Shown here: positions 9,419 to 19,476 of the stretch, piece by piece
Layout of the letters: each line of letters opens with the position of its first letter
How positions within the stretch are numbered: the stretch's first letter is position 1
Origin: Kiritimatiellia bacterium
GTDB taxonomy: Bacteria; Verrucomicrobiota; Kiritimatiellia; RFP12; UBA1067
Length of the DNA stretch: 64,000 nucleotides
Direction: 5' to 3'
NCBI GenBank assembly: GCA_051884805.1
Contig: JBJEWA010000030.1
Span: 238-64,237, forward strand
The notes under the pieces: generated by a model
What the model saw: only the letters and a program-made list of their open reading frames with translations
Database searches by the model: none
What the model was told of the DNA's origin: nothing
Position numbers and translations under genes: made by a program

Positions 9419-10090
9419 TTACTTCCAGTCCGCCGGGAGCGCGGCGAGAACCGTCTCGACGACCTGATCGAGCGTCAGGTCCGACGAGTCGATCTCGATT
9501 GCGCCGTCCGCCTTTCGGAGCGGTGCGTACTTGCGGGTCGAATCGATCTGGTCGCGCGCGAGAAGCGAAGCCTTCACGGCCTCGGCGGACTGGTTGGCGA
9601 TGCCCTTCTCGACCTCCTCCTGCTGCCGCCGCGCGGCCCGCGCCTCGGCGGACGCCGTCAAGTAGAAGCGCGCGGGCGAGTCCGGAAAGACCGCCGTCGT
9701 GATGTCGCGCCCCTCGACCACCAGGTTCCCGTGCGCCGTCATGCCGCGGAGAATCGCCGTGATGCGCTCGCGCACCTCCCTGACGGTCGCCACCGCCGAG
9801 GCGTGGGCGTTGATCTCGGGCGTGCGGATGCGGTTGCCCGGCGCCTCGCCGTTCACGTAGTAGGCAATCGCCCCGTCTTCGGGACGGCACTCGACCTCAA
9901 CCGTCGCGGCAAACGCCGCCACCGCCGCAGGATCGGCAGTGTCGATCCCGTGCTCCAGGCATTGCCAGGTCATGATCCGGTACAAGGCGCCGGAATCGAC
10001 GTGCAGATACCCGAGCTTCCGCCCCACGATCCGCGAGACGCTGCTCTTGCCCGCGCCGCTCGGCCCGTCGATTGCAATTACCCTGCTCAT
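9419..10090 (-). CDS. cmk: cytidylate kinase
   Basis: The internal ATG gives MSRVIAIDGPSGAGKSSVSR...LHVDSGALYR. GGAGGAAACGAGG lies directly upstream. Confidence 0.9.
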   Translation of the reverse strand: MSRVIAIDGPSGAGKSSVSRIVGRKLGYLHVDSGALYRIMTWQCLEHGIDTADPAAVAAFAATVEVECRPEDGAIAYYVNGEAPGNRIRTPEINAHASAVATVREVRERITAILRGMTAHGNLVVEGRDITTAVFPDSPARFYLTASAEARAARRQQEEVEKGIANQSAEAVKASLLARDQIDSTRKYAPLRKADGAIEIDSSDLTLDQVVETVLAALPADWK

Positions 10091-10145
10091 CCTCGTTTCC
10101 TCCGCTCGCATTTTCTCGGTTCTCCCCCGGCCTCCGATCCGCAAC

Positions 10146-11186
10146 TCAGCGCGTCTCCTGCCAGAACATCAGCAGCGAATAGCCGGCAAAAAGCACAATC
10201 CACACCCAGGCCTCCCAACGCCGGATCGTGCCGGGCTGCCGCGGATGCCGCCAGTTCAGGCCGAAGCACAGGAGGGAGAGCGACAGGAGCGCCATCAACG
10301 GCAAGTCGCGCGTCAGGATGTAGGGCGACAGCGCCGGGCGACCGTCCGGGCCGGGGAAGAGCGGCGAGATCGCCGTCGCCAGGCCGACGACCGCCAGCAG
10401 GTTGAAGAGGTTCGACCCGATGATGTTGCCAAGGACGAACTCGTGTTCGCCGCGACGTGCGGAGGCGACGGCACTCGCCAGCTCGGGCAGCGAGGTGCCG
10501 ACGGCGACGATCGTCAGGCCGACGACCAGGTCGCTGACGCCGCAGTACCGCGCGAAATCGACCGCGCCCCAGACCAGGACGTGCGACGACCCGACCAGCA
10601 CGGACAGTCCGACCAGCACCCTGACGAGCGGCAGGCAGACGCAGCGGACGGACCGCTCCGGCGCCTGGCCGCCTTCGTCGCGTCCGGCCGCCGAAGCGCA
10701 GGCAGGCCGCCCGCCTGCCGTCTTCTGGTCATGCCAGCAGTACAGCGGCAGCAGCACGAAGAACAGCCCGAGGAGCGCAAACGCCTCGGCCCGCGCACAG
10801 GCCCCGTCCCGGAGCAGCCACAGCGAGAAGAGCGACAGCAGCGCCAGACACGGACCGGCCACCAGCACGACCGACGGCCTGACGACGAGCGGGCGGATCA
10901 GGACCGCAACGCCCAGGATGATCGCGATATTGAAGATGCAGCTGCCGTAGGCGTTGCCCAGCGAAAGGTTGGCGTGGCCCGAAAGGCCGGACATCGTCGA
11001 GACGCACAGCTCCGGTGCACTGGTGCCGAAGCCGATGACCACCATGCCGACGATCAGCGGCGAAATGCCGAAGGCCCGCGCCAGCGCCGCGCTCCCGTCC
11101 ACGAAAAAGCCGCTCGACCAGGCAAGCGCCGCCAGCCCGACCGCCATGAAAGCCAGGGAAAGGACGGGCGAAAGTTCGGCCAGCAT
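10146..11186 (-). CDS. Ca2+/Na+ antiporter, CaCA (YrbG-like) family
   Basis: Two alpha-repeat motifs, GFGTSAPELCVS and AVGTSLPELASAV. Start MLAELSPVL overlaps the nfeD stop by 1 nt (TGATG). Confidence 0.8.
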   Translation of the reverse strand: MLAELSPVLSLAFMAVGLAALAWSSGFFVDGSAALARAFGISPLIVGMVVIGFGTSAPELCVSTMSGLSGHANLSLGNAYGSCIFNIAIILGVAVLIRPLVVRPSVVLVAGPCLALLSLFSLWLLRDGACARAEAFALLGLFFVLLPLYCWHDQKTAGGRPACASAAGRDEGGQAPERSVRCVCLPLVRVLVGLSVLVGSSHVLVWGAVDFARYCGVSDLVVGLTIVAVGTSLPELASAVASARRGEHEFVLGNIIGSNLFNLLAVVGLATAISPLFPGPDGRPALSPYILTRDLPLMALLSLSLLCFGLNWRHPRQPGTIRRWEAWVWIVLFAGYSLLMFWQETR

Positions 11187-11626
11187 CAAAGCGCCGTCAC
11201 TTTCATCGTCAGGTTGCTCCGGGCGACGACCCGCACGTTCGTCCCGACTGGAATCGCCGTCTCCGCAACCGCCGTCCACTCGGCGTCGCCGAGCAGAACG
11301 CGCCCGGCCAGCGGCGGCTCGATCGCCTCCGTCACCTGGCCGACGCGCCCGACGCTCTCGTTGCCGAAGTCAGCCCCGGCCTCGACCTTGCCGCCGACGA
11401 AGACCTGCCGGAGACAACGGCGCAGCAGCACGACGTAGACCACTGAGAGGCACGAAAACGCCGCCACCTGCCACGCCGGCGAAAAGGCCTCGCCGAAGGC
11501 AAAGCGCAGCACGCCGACCGTCGCCGCCGACAAGCCGAAGAAACAGAGGACGAAACCCGGGGCGACTAGCTCCAGAAGCATCAGCGCCGCGCCGGCGTAG
11601 ATCCACAGCCATGCACAGGAAAACAT
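11186..11626 (-). CDS. NfeD-family membrane protein
   Basis: Two or three N-terminal TM segments plus a C-terminal OB-like GRVLLGDAEWTAV...GTNVRVVA motif. Confidence 0.7.
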   Translation of the reverse strand: MFSCAWLWIYAGAALMLLELVAPGFVLCFFGLSAATVGVLRFAFGEAFSPAWQVAAFSCLSVVYVVLLRRCLRQVFVGGKVEAGADFGNESVGRVGQVTEAIEPPLAGRVLLGDAEWTAVAETAIPVGTNVRVVARSNLTMKVTAL

Positions 11627-11632
11627 GGGGCG

Positions 11633-11641
11633 ATTATATCA
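11633..11641 (-). promoter_or_regulatory. extended -10 box TGATATAAT, 6 nt upstream of the nfeD ATG (leaderless-type)
   Basis: Minus strand reads TGATATAATcgccccATG. The TGA is also the mrp/apbC stop codon. Confidence 0.5.
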
Positions 11642-12463
11642 TTTCAGGATGCGGTCGGCAAACGCCTCGAAGGCGGGAAGCTCGATCGTCTCCGCCGCCC
11701 CGCCGTCGATTGCGGACGAGAAGGCCGGGTTGATCGGCAGCCGCACGGTCTCGGGAATGCCGAACTTCCCAGCCAGCGACGCGGCCTTCGATGCGCCGAA
11801 GACGTCAATCGTCCTGCCGCAATCGGGACAGGTGAGGCAGCTCATGTTCTCGACCAGGCCAAGCACCGGCTTGTGCATCAGCTGCGCCATCTTGACCGAC
11901 TTGGCGACGATCATCTCCACCAGGTCCTGCGGCGTGGTGACCACCACGACGCCGTCGACCGGCAAGGACTGGAAGACCGTCAGCGGCACGTCGCCGGTCC
12001 CCGGCGGCATGTCAACGAACATGACGTCCAGCTCGCCCCAATGCACGTCCGTCCAGAACTGCTTCACCGCGCCGGCGATGACCGGACCGCGCCAGACAAC
12101 GGGATCGGACGGATCCTCGACCAGCATGTTGAGGGACATCACGCGGATGCCGGAAGTCGTGACCTTCGCCTCAATGCCGTCCTCGCCCTGGACCGTCCCG
12201 CCCGCGAGGCCGAACGCCTTCGGGATGGACGGTCCCGTGATGTCGGCGTCGAGGATGCCGACCCTGAGGCCCCGTTTCGTCGCCGCGACGGCGAGCATCG
12301 CGGTGACGAAGCTCTTGCCGACGCCGCCCTTGCCGCTGGCGACGGCGATTACCTTGCCGACCTTCGAGGCGGCGTTCAGCCTGGCCGTGAAATCAAAGCC
12401 CTCCTTGCGCTCCCCGCAGTCCTTTCCGCAGGTCGAGCAGTCATGCGTGCAATCTTCCGACAT
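11639..12463 (-). CDS. apbC: Mrp/NBP35/ApbC-type Fe-S cluster carrier ATPase
   Basis: VASGKGGVGKSF Walker A, CxxC-containing N-terminus, and CPDCG late motif. Confidence 0.85.
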   Translation of the reverse strand: MSEDCTHDCSTCGKDCGERKEGFDFTARLNAASKVGKVIAVASGKGGVGKSFVTAMLAVAATKRGLRVGILDADITGPSIPKAFGLAGGTVQGEDGIEAKVTTSGIRVMSLNMLVEDPSDPVVWRGPVIAGAVKQFWTDVHWGELDVMFVDMPPGTGDVPLTVFQSLPVDGVVVVTTPQDLVEMIVAKSVKMAQLMHKPVLGLVENMSCLTCPDCGRTIDVFGASKAASLAGKFGIPETVRLPINPAFSSAIDGGAAETIELPAFEAFADRILK

Positions 12464-12496
12464 CAGTTCTCCTCCCTCGTCTCCTTTAAGGTGTTC

Positions 12497-12505
12497 ATTA
12501 TAGCA
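12497..12505 (-). promoter_or_regulatory. extended -10 box TGCTATAAT upstream of apbC
   Basis: Minus strand reads TGCTATAAT, then a 33-nt leader containing GGAGACGAGGGAGGAG, then ATG. Confidence 0.5.
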
Positions 12506-12565
12506 TAACCCAGAACCCCGGCGGAACGCCGAAGCGTGCCGAGGTCCGGGGGCGGACGACCGAAA

Positions 12566-12601
12566 GCGAGGGCGGCGGCCCGTGCGGACCGCCGCCCTCG
12601 C
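12566..12601 (-). terminator. hairpin terminator after groEL
   Basis: 13-bp perfect G+C-rich stem GCGAGGGCGGCGG/CCGCCGCCCTCGC with a 10-nt loop, followed on the minus strand by TTTC. Confidence 0.55.
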
Positions 12602-12622
12602 CTCGGCCGGAGCCGATGCGGA

Positions 12623-14287
<1,665 letters not shown>

Positions 14288-14296
14288 TCAGACTGC

Positions 14297-14584
14297 TTAC
14301 TTCTCCACGACGCCAAGCAGATCCTCCTCGCGGACGAGCTGCAGCTTCTTGTCGCCGATCTTGACTTCGGTGCCGCCGTACTTCGGGAGGAGGACCGTGT
14401 CGCCGCTCTTCACGTCGAACTTGACCTCCTTGCCGTCCTTGTCGAGCTTCTTGCCGACGGCGATGACCTTGCCCTGCATGGGCTTTTCCTTCGCGGAATC
14501 GGGGATGATGATGCCGCCGACGGTCTGTTCCTTCTCTTCGATCGGCTCGACGAGAACGCGATCACCCAGGGGACGAATGTTCAT
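14297..14584 (-). CDS. groS: co-chaperonin GroES
   Basis: [14 protein letters not shown]...[13 protein letters not shown]. Confidence 0.97.
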   Translation of the reverse strand: MNIRPLGDRVLVEPIEEKEQTVGGIIIPDSAKEKPMQGKVIAVGKKLDKDGKEVKFDVKSGDTVLLPKYGGTEVKIGDKKLQLVREEDLLGVVEK

Positions 14585-14638
14585 TTGTCTTTCTTCCTTT
14601 CGTTTGTCGGTTGTCCGTTGTTTGCAATACGTTTTCGC

Positions 14639-16564
14639 TCACTTCATCGTGAAATCGGCGTCGACGACGTCGTCGCCCTGCTTGCCGCCCTTCGGCGGCT
14701 CCTGCCCCGGCGGCGGCGAGCCCGCGCCCGGCTGGGGTCCGGCGGCGCCCTGCGTGGCCTGGCTGGCGGCGTACATCTCCTGCGCGACCGGCTCCATCGC
14801 CTTCATCAGGGCCTCCTGCTTCGCCTTGATGTCGGCGATCGGGGCGGTCGGATTCTGCTTGGCGAGCAGGTCCTTGAGCTCCTTGAGCGCGGCCTCGACC
14901 GGCGCCTTCTTGTCGGCGGCGATCTTGTCGCCCGCGTCCTTCAGCGTCTTCTCGACCTGGAACGCCAGCCCGTCGGCCTTGTTGCGGTCCTCGACTTCGG
15001 CATGGCGCTTCTCGTCCTCGGCCGCATGGGCCTCGGCGTCCTTGCGCATCTTCTCGATCTCCTCCTTCGAGAGGCCGCCCGCCGCGGTGATGGTGATCTT
15101 CTGCTCCTTCTGGGTGCCGAGATCCTTCGCCGAGACGTTGAGGATGCCGTTCGCGTCAATGTCGAACGTGACTTCGATCTGCGGGACGCCGCGCGGCGCC
15201 GGCGGAATGCCGTCGAGGTTGAAGTTGCCGAGCGCCTTGTTGTCGCGCGCCATCTTGCGGTCGCCCTGGAAGATCGCGATCGTCACCGCCGGCTGGTTGT
15301 CCGCCGCCGTCGAGAAGACCTGGCTCTTCTTGGCCGGAATCGTCGTGTTGCGCTCGATGAGCGGCGTCAGCACGCCGCCGAGCGTCTCGATGCCGAGCGT
15401 GAGCGGCGTGACGTCCAGCAGCAGCACGTCCTTCACCTCGCCCTTCAGGATGCCGCCCTGAATGGCCGCGCCCATGGCGACGACCTCGTCGGGGTTCACG
15501 CCCTTGTGCGGCTCCTTGCCGAAGAGGCTCCTCGCCTTCTCCTGGATGAGCGGCATGCGCGTCTGGCCGCCGACAAGGACGACCTCGTCGACTTCCGTCA
15601 GCTCCGCATCGCCCATGCACTTGCGGCACGGCTCCGACGTGCGGTTCACGAGATCGGTCGTAAGCGCCTCGAGCTTCTGCTTCGTCAGCGTCGTCTGGAG
15701 ATGCTTAGGACCGGTCGCATCCGCCGTAATGAACGGCAGGTTGATGTCGTACTGGCCGGCCGTCGACAGCGCGCACTTCGCCTTCTCGGCCTCTTCCTTC
15801 AGCCGCTGGAGCGCCATCATGTCGTTGCCGAGGTCGATGCCCTGCTGCGCCTTGAAGTCGTCGATCATCCACCGCATGACCGCCTGGTCGAGGTCGTCGC
15901 CGCCGAGATGCGTGTCGCCGTTGGTGGCCTTCACCTCGAAGACGCCGTCGCCGATGTCGAGGACGGAGATGTCGAAGGTGCCGCCGCCGAAGTCGTAGAC
16001 CGCGATCTTCTCGTTCTTCTTCTTGTCGAGTCCGTACGCCAGCGAGGCCGCAGTCGGCTCGTTGACGATGCGCTTGACGTCGAGGCCCGCGATCTTGCCC
16101 GCGTCCTTCGTCGCCTGGCGCTGCTGGTCGTTGAAGTACGCCGGCACGGTGATGACCGCCTCGGTGATCTTCTCGCCGAGGAACGCCTCCGCATCCTCCT
16201 TCAGCTTGCGGAGCACCATCGCGGAAATCTCCTGCGCGGTGTAGACCTTGTCGTTCACCTTGACGGCCGCATCGCCGTTCGGCGCCTCGACGACCTCGTA
16301 CGGCACCATCTTGATCTCGTCGGTCATCTCGCTGAACCGACGGCCGATGAAGCGCTTGATCGAATAAATCGTCGACTTCGGGTTCGTCACCGCCTGACGC
16401 TTCGCCGCCTGGCCGACCAGAATCTCGCCCGTCTTCGTGAACGCCACGATCGACGGCGTCGTCCGCGCGCCCTCCTTGTTCGGAATGACGGTCGCCTCGC
16501 CACCTTCCATCACCGCCATGCAGCTGTTCGTGGTTCCCAAATCAATTCCAAGTACTTTTGCCAT
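14639..16564 (-). CDS. dnaK: molecular chaperone DnaK (Hsp70)
   Basis: [21 protein letters not shown]-like FGGGTFDIS and [10 protein letters not shown] motifs. Confidence 0.98.
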   Translation of the reverse strand: MAKVLGIDLGTTNSCMAVMEGGEATVIPNKEGARTTPSIVAFTKTGEILVGQAAKRQAVTNPKSTIYSIKRFIGRRFSEMTDEIKMVPYEVVEAPNGDAAVKVNDKVYTAQEISAMVLRKLKEDAEAFLGEKITEAVITVPAYFNDQQRQATKDAGKIAGLDVKRIVNEPTAASLAYGLDKKKNEKIAVYDFGGGTFDISVLDIGDGVFEVKATNGDTHLGGDDLDQAVMRWMIDDFKAQQGIDLGNDMMALQRLKEEAEKAKCALSTAGQYDINLPFITADATGPKHLQTTLTKQKLEALTTDLVNRTSEPCRKCMGDAELTEVDEVVLVGGQTRMPLIQEKARSLFGKEPHKGVNPDEVVAMGAAIQGGILKGEVKDVLLLDVTPLTLGIETLGGVLTPLIERNTTIPAKKSQVFSTAADNQPAVTIAIFQGDRKMARDNKALGNFNLDGIPPAPRGVPQIEVTFDIDANGILNVSAKDLGTQKEQKITITAAGGLSKEEIEKMRKDAEAHAAEDEKRHAEVEDRNKADGLAFQVEKTLKDAGDKIAADKKAPVEAALKELKDLLAKQNPTAPIADIKAKQEALMKAMEPVAQEMYAASQATQGAAGPQPGAGSPPPGQEPPKGGKQGDDVVDADFTMK

Positions 16565-16614
16565 GTCTTCTTCTCAACTTTCCACCGCCCACCATGGGCA
16601 TGCACCCGAATTAT

Positions 16615-16630
16615 TGCAAATCCCGTGCCA
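16615..16630 (-). promoter_or_regulatory. sigma-54 (-24/-12) promoter TGGCACGGGATTTGCA upstream of dnaK
   Basis: Full match to YTGGCACGRNNNTTGCW, about 50 nt upstream of the dnaK ATG. Confidence 0.6.
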
Positions 16631-16674
16631 ACGCCCGTTTGCGGGCCTTCGACCGCCTTGCCTGTCCCAGTATG

Positions 16675-16720
16675 CGCAAAAGTGGGACACAATGTCGCGC
16701 CATTGTGTCCCACTTTTGCG
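16675..16720. promoter_or_regulatory. perfect 20-bp inverted repeat with 6-nt spacer: candidate activator or operator site, and/or ptb terminator
   Basis: CGCAAAAGTGGGACACAATG tcgcgc CATTGTGTCCCACTTTTGCG. The centre lies about 70 bp upstream of the -24 element and 36 nt after the ptb stop. Confidence 0.6.
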
Positions 16721-16755
16721 GAAACGGAGCCGTTCGGACCGGACTCGCCCGGTCC

Positions 16756-17691
16756 TCACCGCCCGCCGATCGCCTGCACGGCCGTCATCGCGACCGTGTT
16801 GACGATGTCCTCGACCGAGCATCCGCGCGAAAGGTCGTTGCAGGGCCTATCCAGCCCCTGCAGGACGGCGAAGCAGTTCGCGCCGCCGATGCGCTGGGTG
16901 AGCTTGTAGCCGATGTTCCCGGCCTGGAGGTCGGGGAAGATCAGCACGTTGGCGCGCCCGCCGACCGGACTGCCGGGCGCCTTGGCCGCAGCCACCCCGG
17001 GCACCAGCGCCGCATCCAGCTGCAGTTCGCCGTCAAGCGTCAGCCCGGGCGCCAGCTCGTGCGCAATCCGCGTCGCCGCCTGCACCTTCGCGACCAGCTC
17101 GTGGCTCGCGCTCCCCTTGGTCGAGAAGGACAGCATCGCCACGCGCGGCTCGTCGATGCCGCACAAGGTGCGCGCCGTCTCGGCCGCCGCCACGGCGATG
17201 TGCGCCAGCTCCTCGGCGGTGGGACAAGGATTCACCACGCAGTCCGCATAGACCAGCAGGCCGTTTTCGCCGAACGACGCGTTCGGACACTCCATCAGGA
17301 AGCTGGATGAGACGAGCTTCATGCCCGGTCTGGTCTTGATTATCTGCAGGGCGGGACGCAGCATGTCGCCCGTCGAATGGACGGCGCCCGAGACGAGGCC
17401 GTCCGCCTCGCCGAGCTTGACCATCATCATCCCGTAGTACATCGGATCGGCGACCAGCTTGGCCGCGCCCTCGGGCGTCAGGCCCTTGGCCTTGCGCAGC
17501 TCGTAGAGCGCCGCCGCATAGCGCTCGGCGTTCGCGCCGACCGTCGACGGCGTCAGCAGGACCGGCTCGGCCAGGCCTTCCCGACGAACGATCTCCGCCG
17601 CCGCGACCGTTCGCGGCTCATCGCCCTCGGGCAGGACGATGCGCTTCAGGTTCTCCCGGGCCTTCGCCCGGATCGTGTCAATCAAACTCAT
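16756..17691 (-). CDS. ptb: phosphate butyryl/acetyltransferase (short Pta/Ptb type)
   Basis: [24 protein letters not shown] and CNDLSRG motifs. Adjacent to butyrate kinase. Confidence 0.8.
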   Translation of the reverse strand: MSLIDTIRAKARENLKRIVLPEGDEPRTVAAAEIVRREGLAEPVLLTPSTVGANAERYAAALYELRKAKGLTPEGAAKLVADPMYYGMMMVKLGEADGLVSGAVHSTGDMLRPALQIIKTRPGMKLVSSSFLMECPNASFGENGLLVYADCVVNPCPTAEELAHIAVAAAETARTLCGIDEPRVAMLSFSTKGSASHELVAKVQAATRIAHELAPGLTLDGELQLDAALVPGVAAAKAPGSPVGGRANVLIFPDLQAGNIGYKLTQRIGGANCFAVLQGLDRPCNDLSRGCSVEDIVNTVAMTAVQAIGGR

Positions 17692-18775
17692 GGAATCCCT
17701 CCCAGACGTCCCTGCCGCTGTAACGCTGCGGCGTCAACTCCCCGCGCAAGACCTTCAGGACGGGCAACGCCATCGCCTTCTGCTCCATCTCGCCCGGATA
17801 GACCGAAATCGGCGCGATGAAGCCGCAGCGCGCGCGAATGCCCTCGATGACGTCGTCAAAGCGCATGAGCCCGCCTGTCAGGAGAATGGCGTCGACCTTG
17901 CCGGCGAGCACCGCGCCCATCGCGCCGATCATCTTGGCGACGCCGTAGATCATCGTCTGCCAGACGAGCGTCGCCTTGCGATCGCCCTGCTCCACAAGCG
18001 CATGAATCGCGTCGGAGTTGGACGTCCCCAGCAGGTCGACGAAGCCGCCCGCGCGCGTGCAGCGCAGCCGCACGGCGTCCGCGCCGTGCTTCTCGACGTA
18101 GTCGAGCAGCTGCAGGACCGGCACCGAGCCGATGCGCGTCGGCGTGTAGGCGCCCTCGCCGTCCGCGCCCATGTTGCCGTCCACCATCCGGCCGTGATCA
18201 TGCGCGGCGACGGTGATGCCGCCGTCGATGTGCGCGACGATGAAGTTGCAGTCGGCGTACGTCTTCCCGAGCTTCGCCGCATGGAATTCGGCGACCGCCT
18301 TCTGGTTGAGAACGTGCGAATGCGAGGTGCGGTAGATGCCGCGAATGCCCGTCAGCCGCGCGAGGTCGCCGAACTCGTCGACGTTCGTCGGATTGAGCGT
18401 GAAGGCCGGCTTCGAGTATCGGCACGCGAACTCCCACGCCAGCATCACCCCGAGCTTCGCGGGATGCTCCGACCCGCCGACCCCGGCGACGGTGTCGTCG
18501 TAGAGCTTCTGGTCGACGACCGTCACGCCGCCCGGCTGCGTACGGGCGCTGCCCCCGCGCCCGACGAAAGCGTCAATCGACTCGGGCGCAACGCCCTCCT
18601 CCGCCAGCATCTGCAGGATGACGTCGCGGCGAAACGGCTGCTGGTCGTTTACGTGCGCAAACGCCAGCAGGACCGAGGCATCGTGAAAGAGATTGCGTTC
18701 GAACGCCACGCGTTCGTCTTCGAACAGGCTCACCTTGGTGGAAGTCGAGCCCGGATTTATGACCAGTATCCTCAT
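17678..18775 (-). CDS. buk: butyrate kinase
   Basis: The internal ATG gives [25 protein letters not shown]-fold motifs are present. Overlaps the ptb start by 14 nt. Confidence 0.85.
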   Translation of the reverse strand: MRILVINPGSTSTKVSLFEDERVAFERNLFHDASVLLAFAHVNDQQPFRRDVILQMLAEEGVAPESIDAFVGRGGSARTQPGGVTVVDQKLYDDTVAGVGGSEHPAKLGVMLAWEFACRYSKPAFTLNPTNVDEFGDLARLTGIRGIYRTSHSHVLNQKAVAEFHAAKLGKTYADCNFIVAHIDGGITVAAHDHGRMVDGNMGADGEGAYTPTRIGSVPVLQLLDYVEKHGADAVRLRCTRAGGFVDLLGTSNSDAIHALVEQGDRKATLVWQTMIYGVAKMIGAMGAVLAGKVDAILLTGGLMRFDDVIEGIRARCGFIAPISVYPGEMEQKAMALPVLKVLRGELTPQRYSGRDVWEGFHEFD

Positions 18776-18786
18776 GACTGCAGCAA

Positions 18787-18863
18787 TGGTGGACCCGCCG
18801 GGACTTGAACCCAGGACCAAGGGATTATGAGTCCCCCGCTCTGACCGACTGAGCTACGGGTCC
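18787..18863 (-). tRNA. tRNA with CAT anticodon (elongator Met, or Ile2 read via lysidine), CCA encoded
   Basis: GGACCCGTAGCTCAGTCGGTCAGAGCGGGGGACTCATAATCCCTTGGTCCTGGGTTCAAGTCCCGGCGGGTCCACCA folds as a cloverleaf. G1-C72 is paired, so it is not an initiator. The variable region resembles ileX-type tRNAs. Confidence 0.9.
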
Positions 18864-18955
18864 GGAATAATGGCGTGTAGTTTACCACATCCGCCCGGGA
18901 CGGCGCAAGTGCCGCGCCGTTTCGCAAGCCCCGCGACAACGCGGGTACGCTGCAG

Positions 18956-18986
18956 GAAAGGCACGGCCGCTGCGGCCGTGCCCTTC
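18956..18986 (-). terminator. G+C-rich hairpin after the RRM gene (no U-tract)
   Basis: GCACGGCCGC t GCGGCCGTGC perfect 10-bp core with flanking extension. Confidence 0.4.
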
Positions 18987-19009
18987 CGGTGGAATTGGCA
19001 ATCGGCAGA

Positions 19010-19369
19010 TTACCAGCGGGTCTCGCGACGGGGACCGCGGTCGCCGAAACCACGGCCGCCGCCGAAACCGCCACGGCCGCCGCCGAAGCCGCCGCGACCG
19101 CCGCCAAAGCCGCCGCGCTCCTCGCGGGGACGGGGCTGCGACTCGTTCACGCGGACGGTGCGACCGTCGAGCTCATGTCCGTTCAGCGCGTCAATCGCTG
19201 CCTGCGCCTGCGCGGCGTCGGGCATCGTAACGAAGCCGAATCCCTTGCTGCGACCGGTCATGCGATCGGTGACAACGCGAACGGCGGTAACTTCGCCGAA
19301 AGCCGCGAACGCCGCCTTGAGACCCTCGTCGGTCGTCGCGTACGCGAGGTTACCAACATAGATTTCCAT
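19010..19369 (-). CDS. RRM-type RNA-binding protein with RGG/GGF C-terminal tail
   Basis: RNP2 IYVGNL, RNP1 KGFGFVTM, then GGFGGGRGGFGGGRGGFGGGRGFG. Confidence 0.9.
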   Translation of the reverse strand: MEIYVGNLAYATTDEGLKAAFAAFGEVTAVRVVTDRMTGRSKGFGFVTMPDAAQAQAAIDALNGHELDGRTVRVNESQPRPREERGGFGGGRGGFGGGRGGFGGGRGFGDRGPRRETRW

Positions 19370-19439
19370 CTGTCTTGTTCCTTGTTTTCTTTATGCACCC
19401 GAACTCGAAAGCACCCGCCCTCTCCGTCCAAGTTCTGAA

Positions 19440-19469
19440 ATTGTAGCACTTATGCCCTCATCCCGTCAA
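19440..19469 (-). promoter_or_regulatory. sigma-70-type promoter TTGACG-N18-TACAAT for the RRM gene, with a leader of about 70 nt
   Basis: Minus strand reads TTGACGggatgagggcataagtgcTACAAT. Confidence 0.5.
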
Positions 19470-19476
19470 TAGGTTC

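Noticed and set aside
16675-16720. The palindrome upstream of dnaK as a CIRCE (HrcA) or HAIR (HspR) element
   Set aside because: The sequence GTGGGACACAATG-N6-CATTGTGTCCCAC does not resemble TTAGCACTC-N9-GAGTGCTAA or CTTGAGT-N7-ACTCAAG. It is kept only as an unknown operator, activator site or terminator.
18787-18863. tRNA(CAT) as the integration site of the low-G+C island
   Set aside because: It lies about 3.4 kb from the island edge, with three native-G+C genes in between. No repeat of the tRNA 3' end was seen at either island border.
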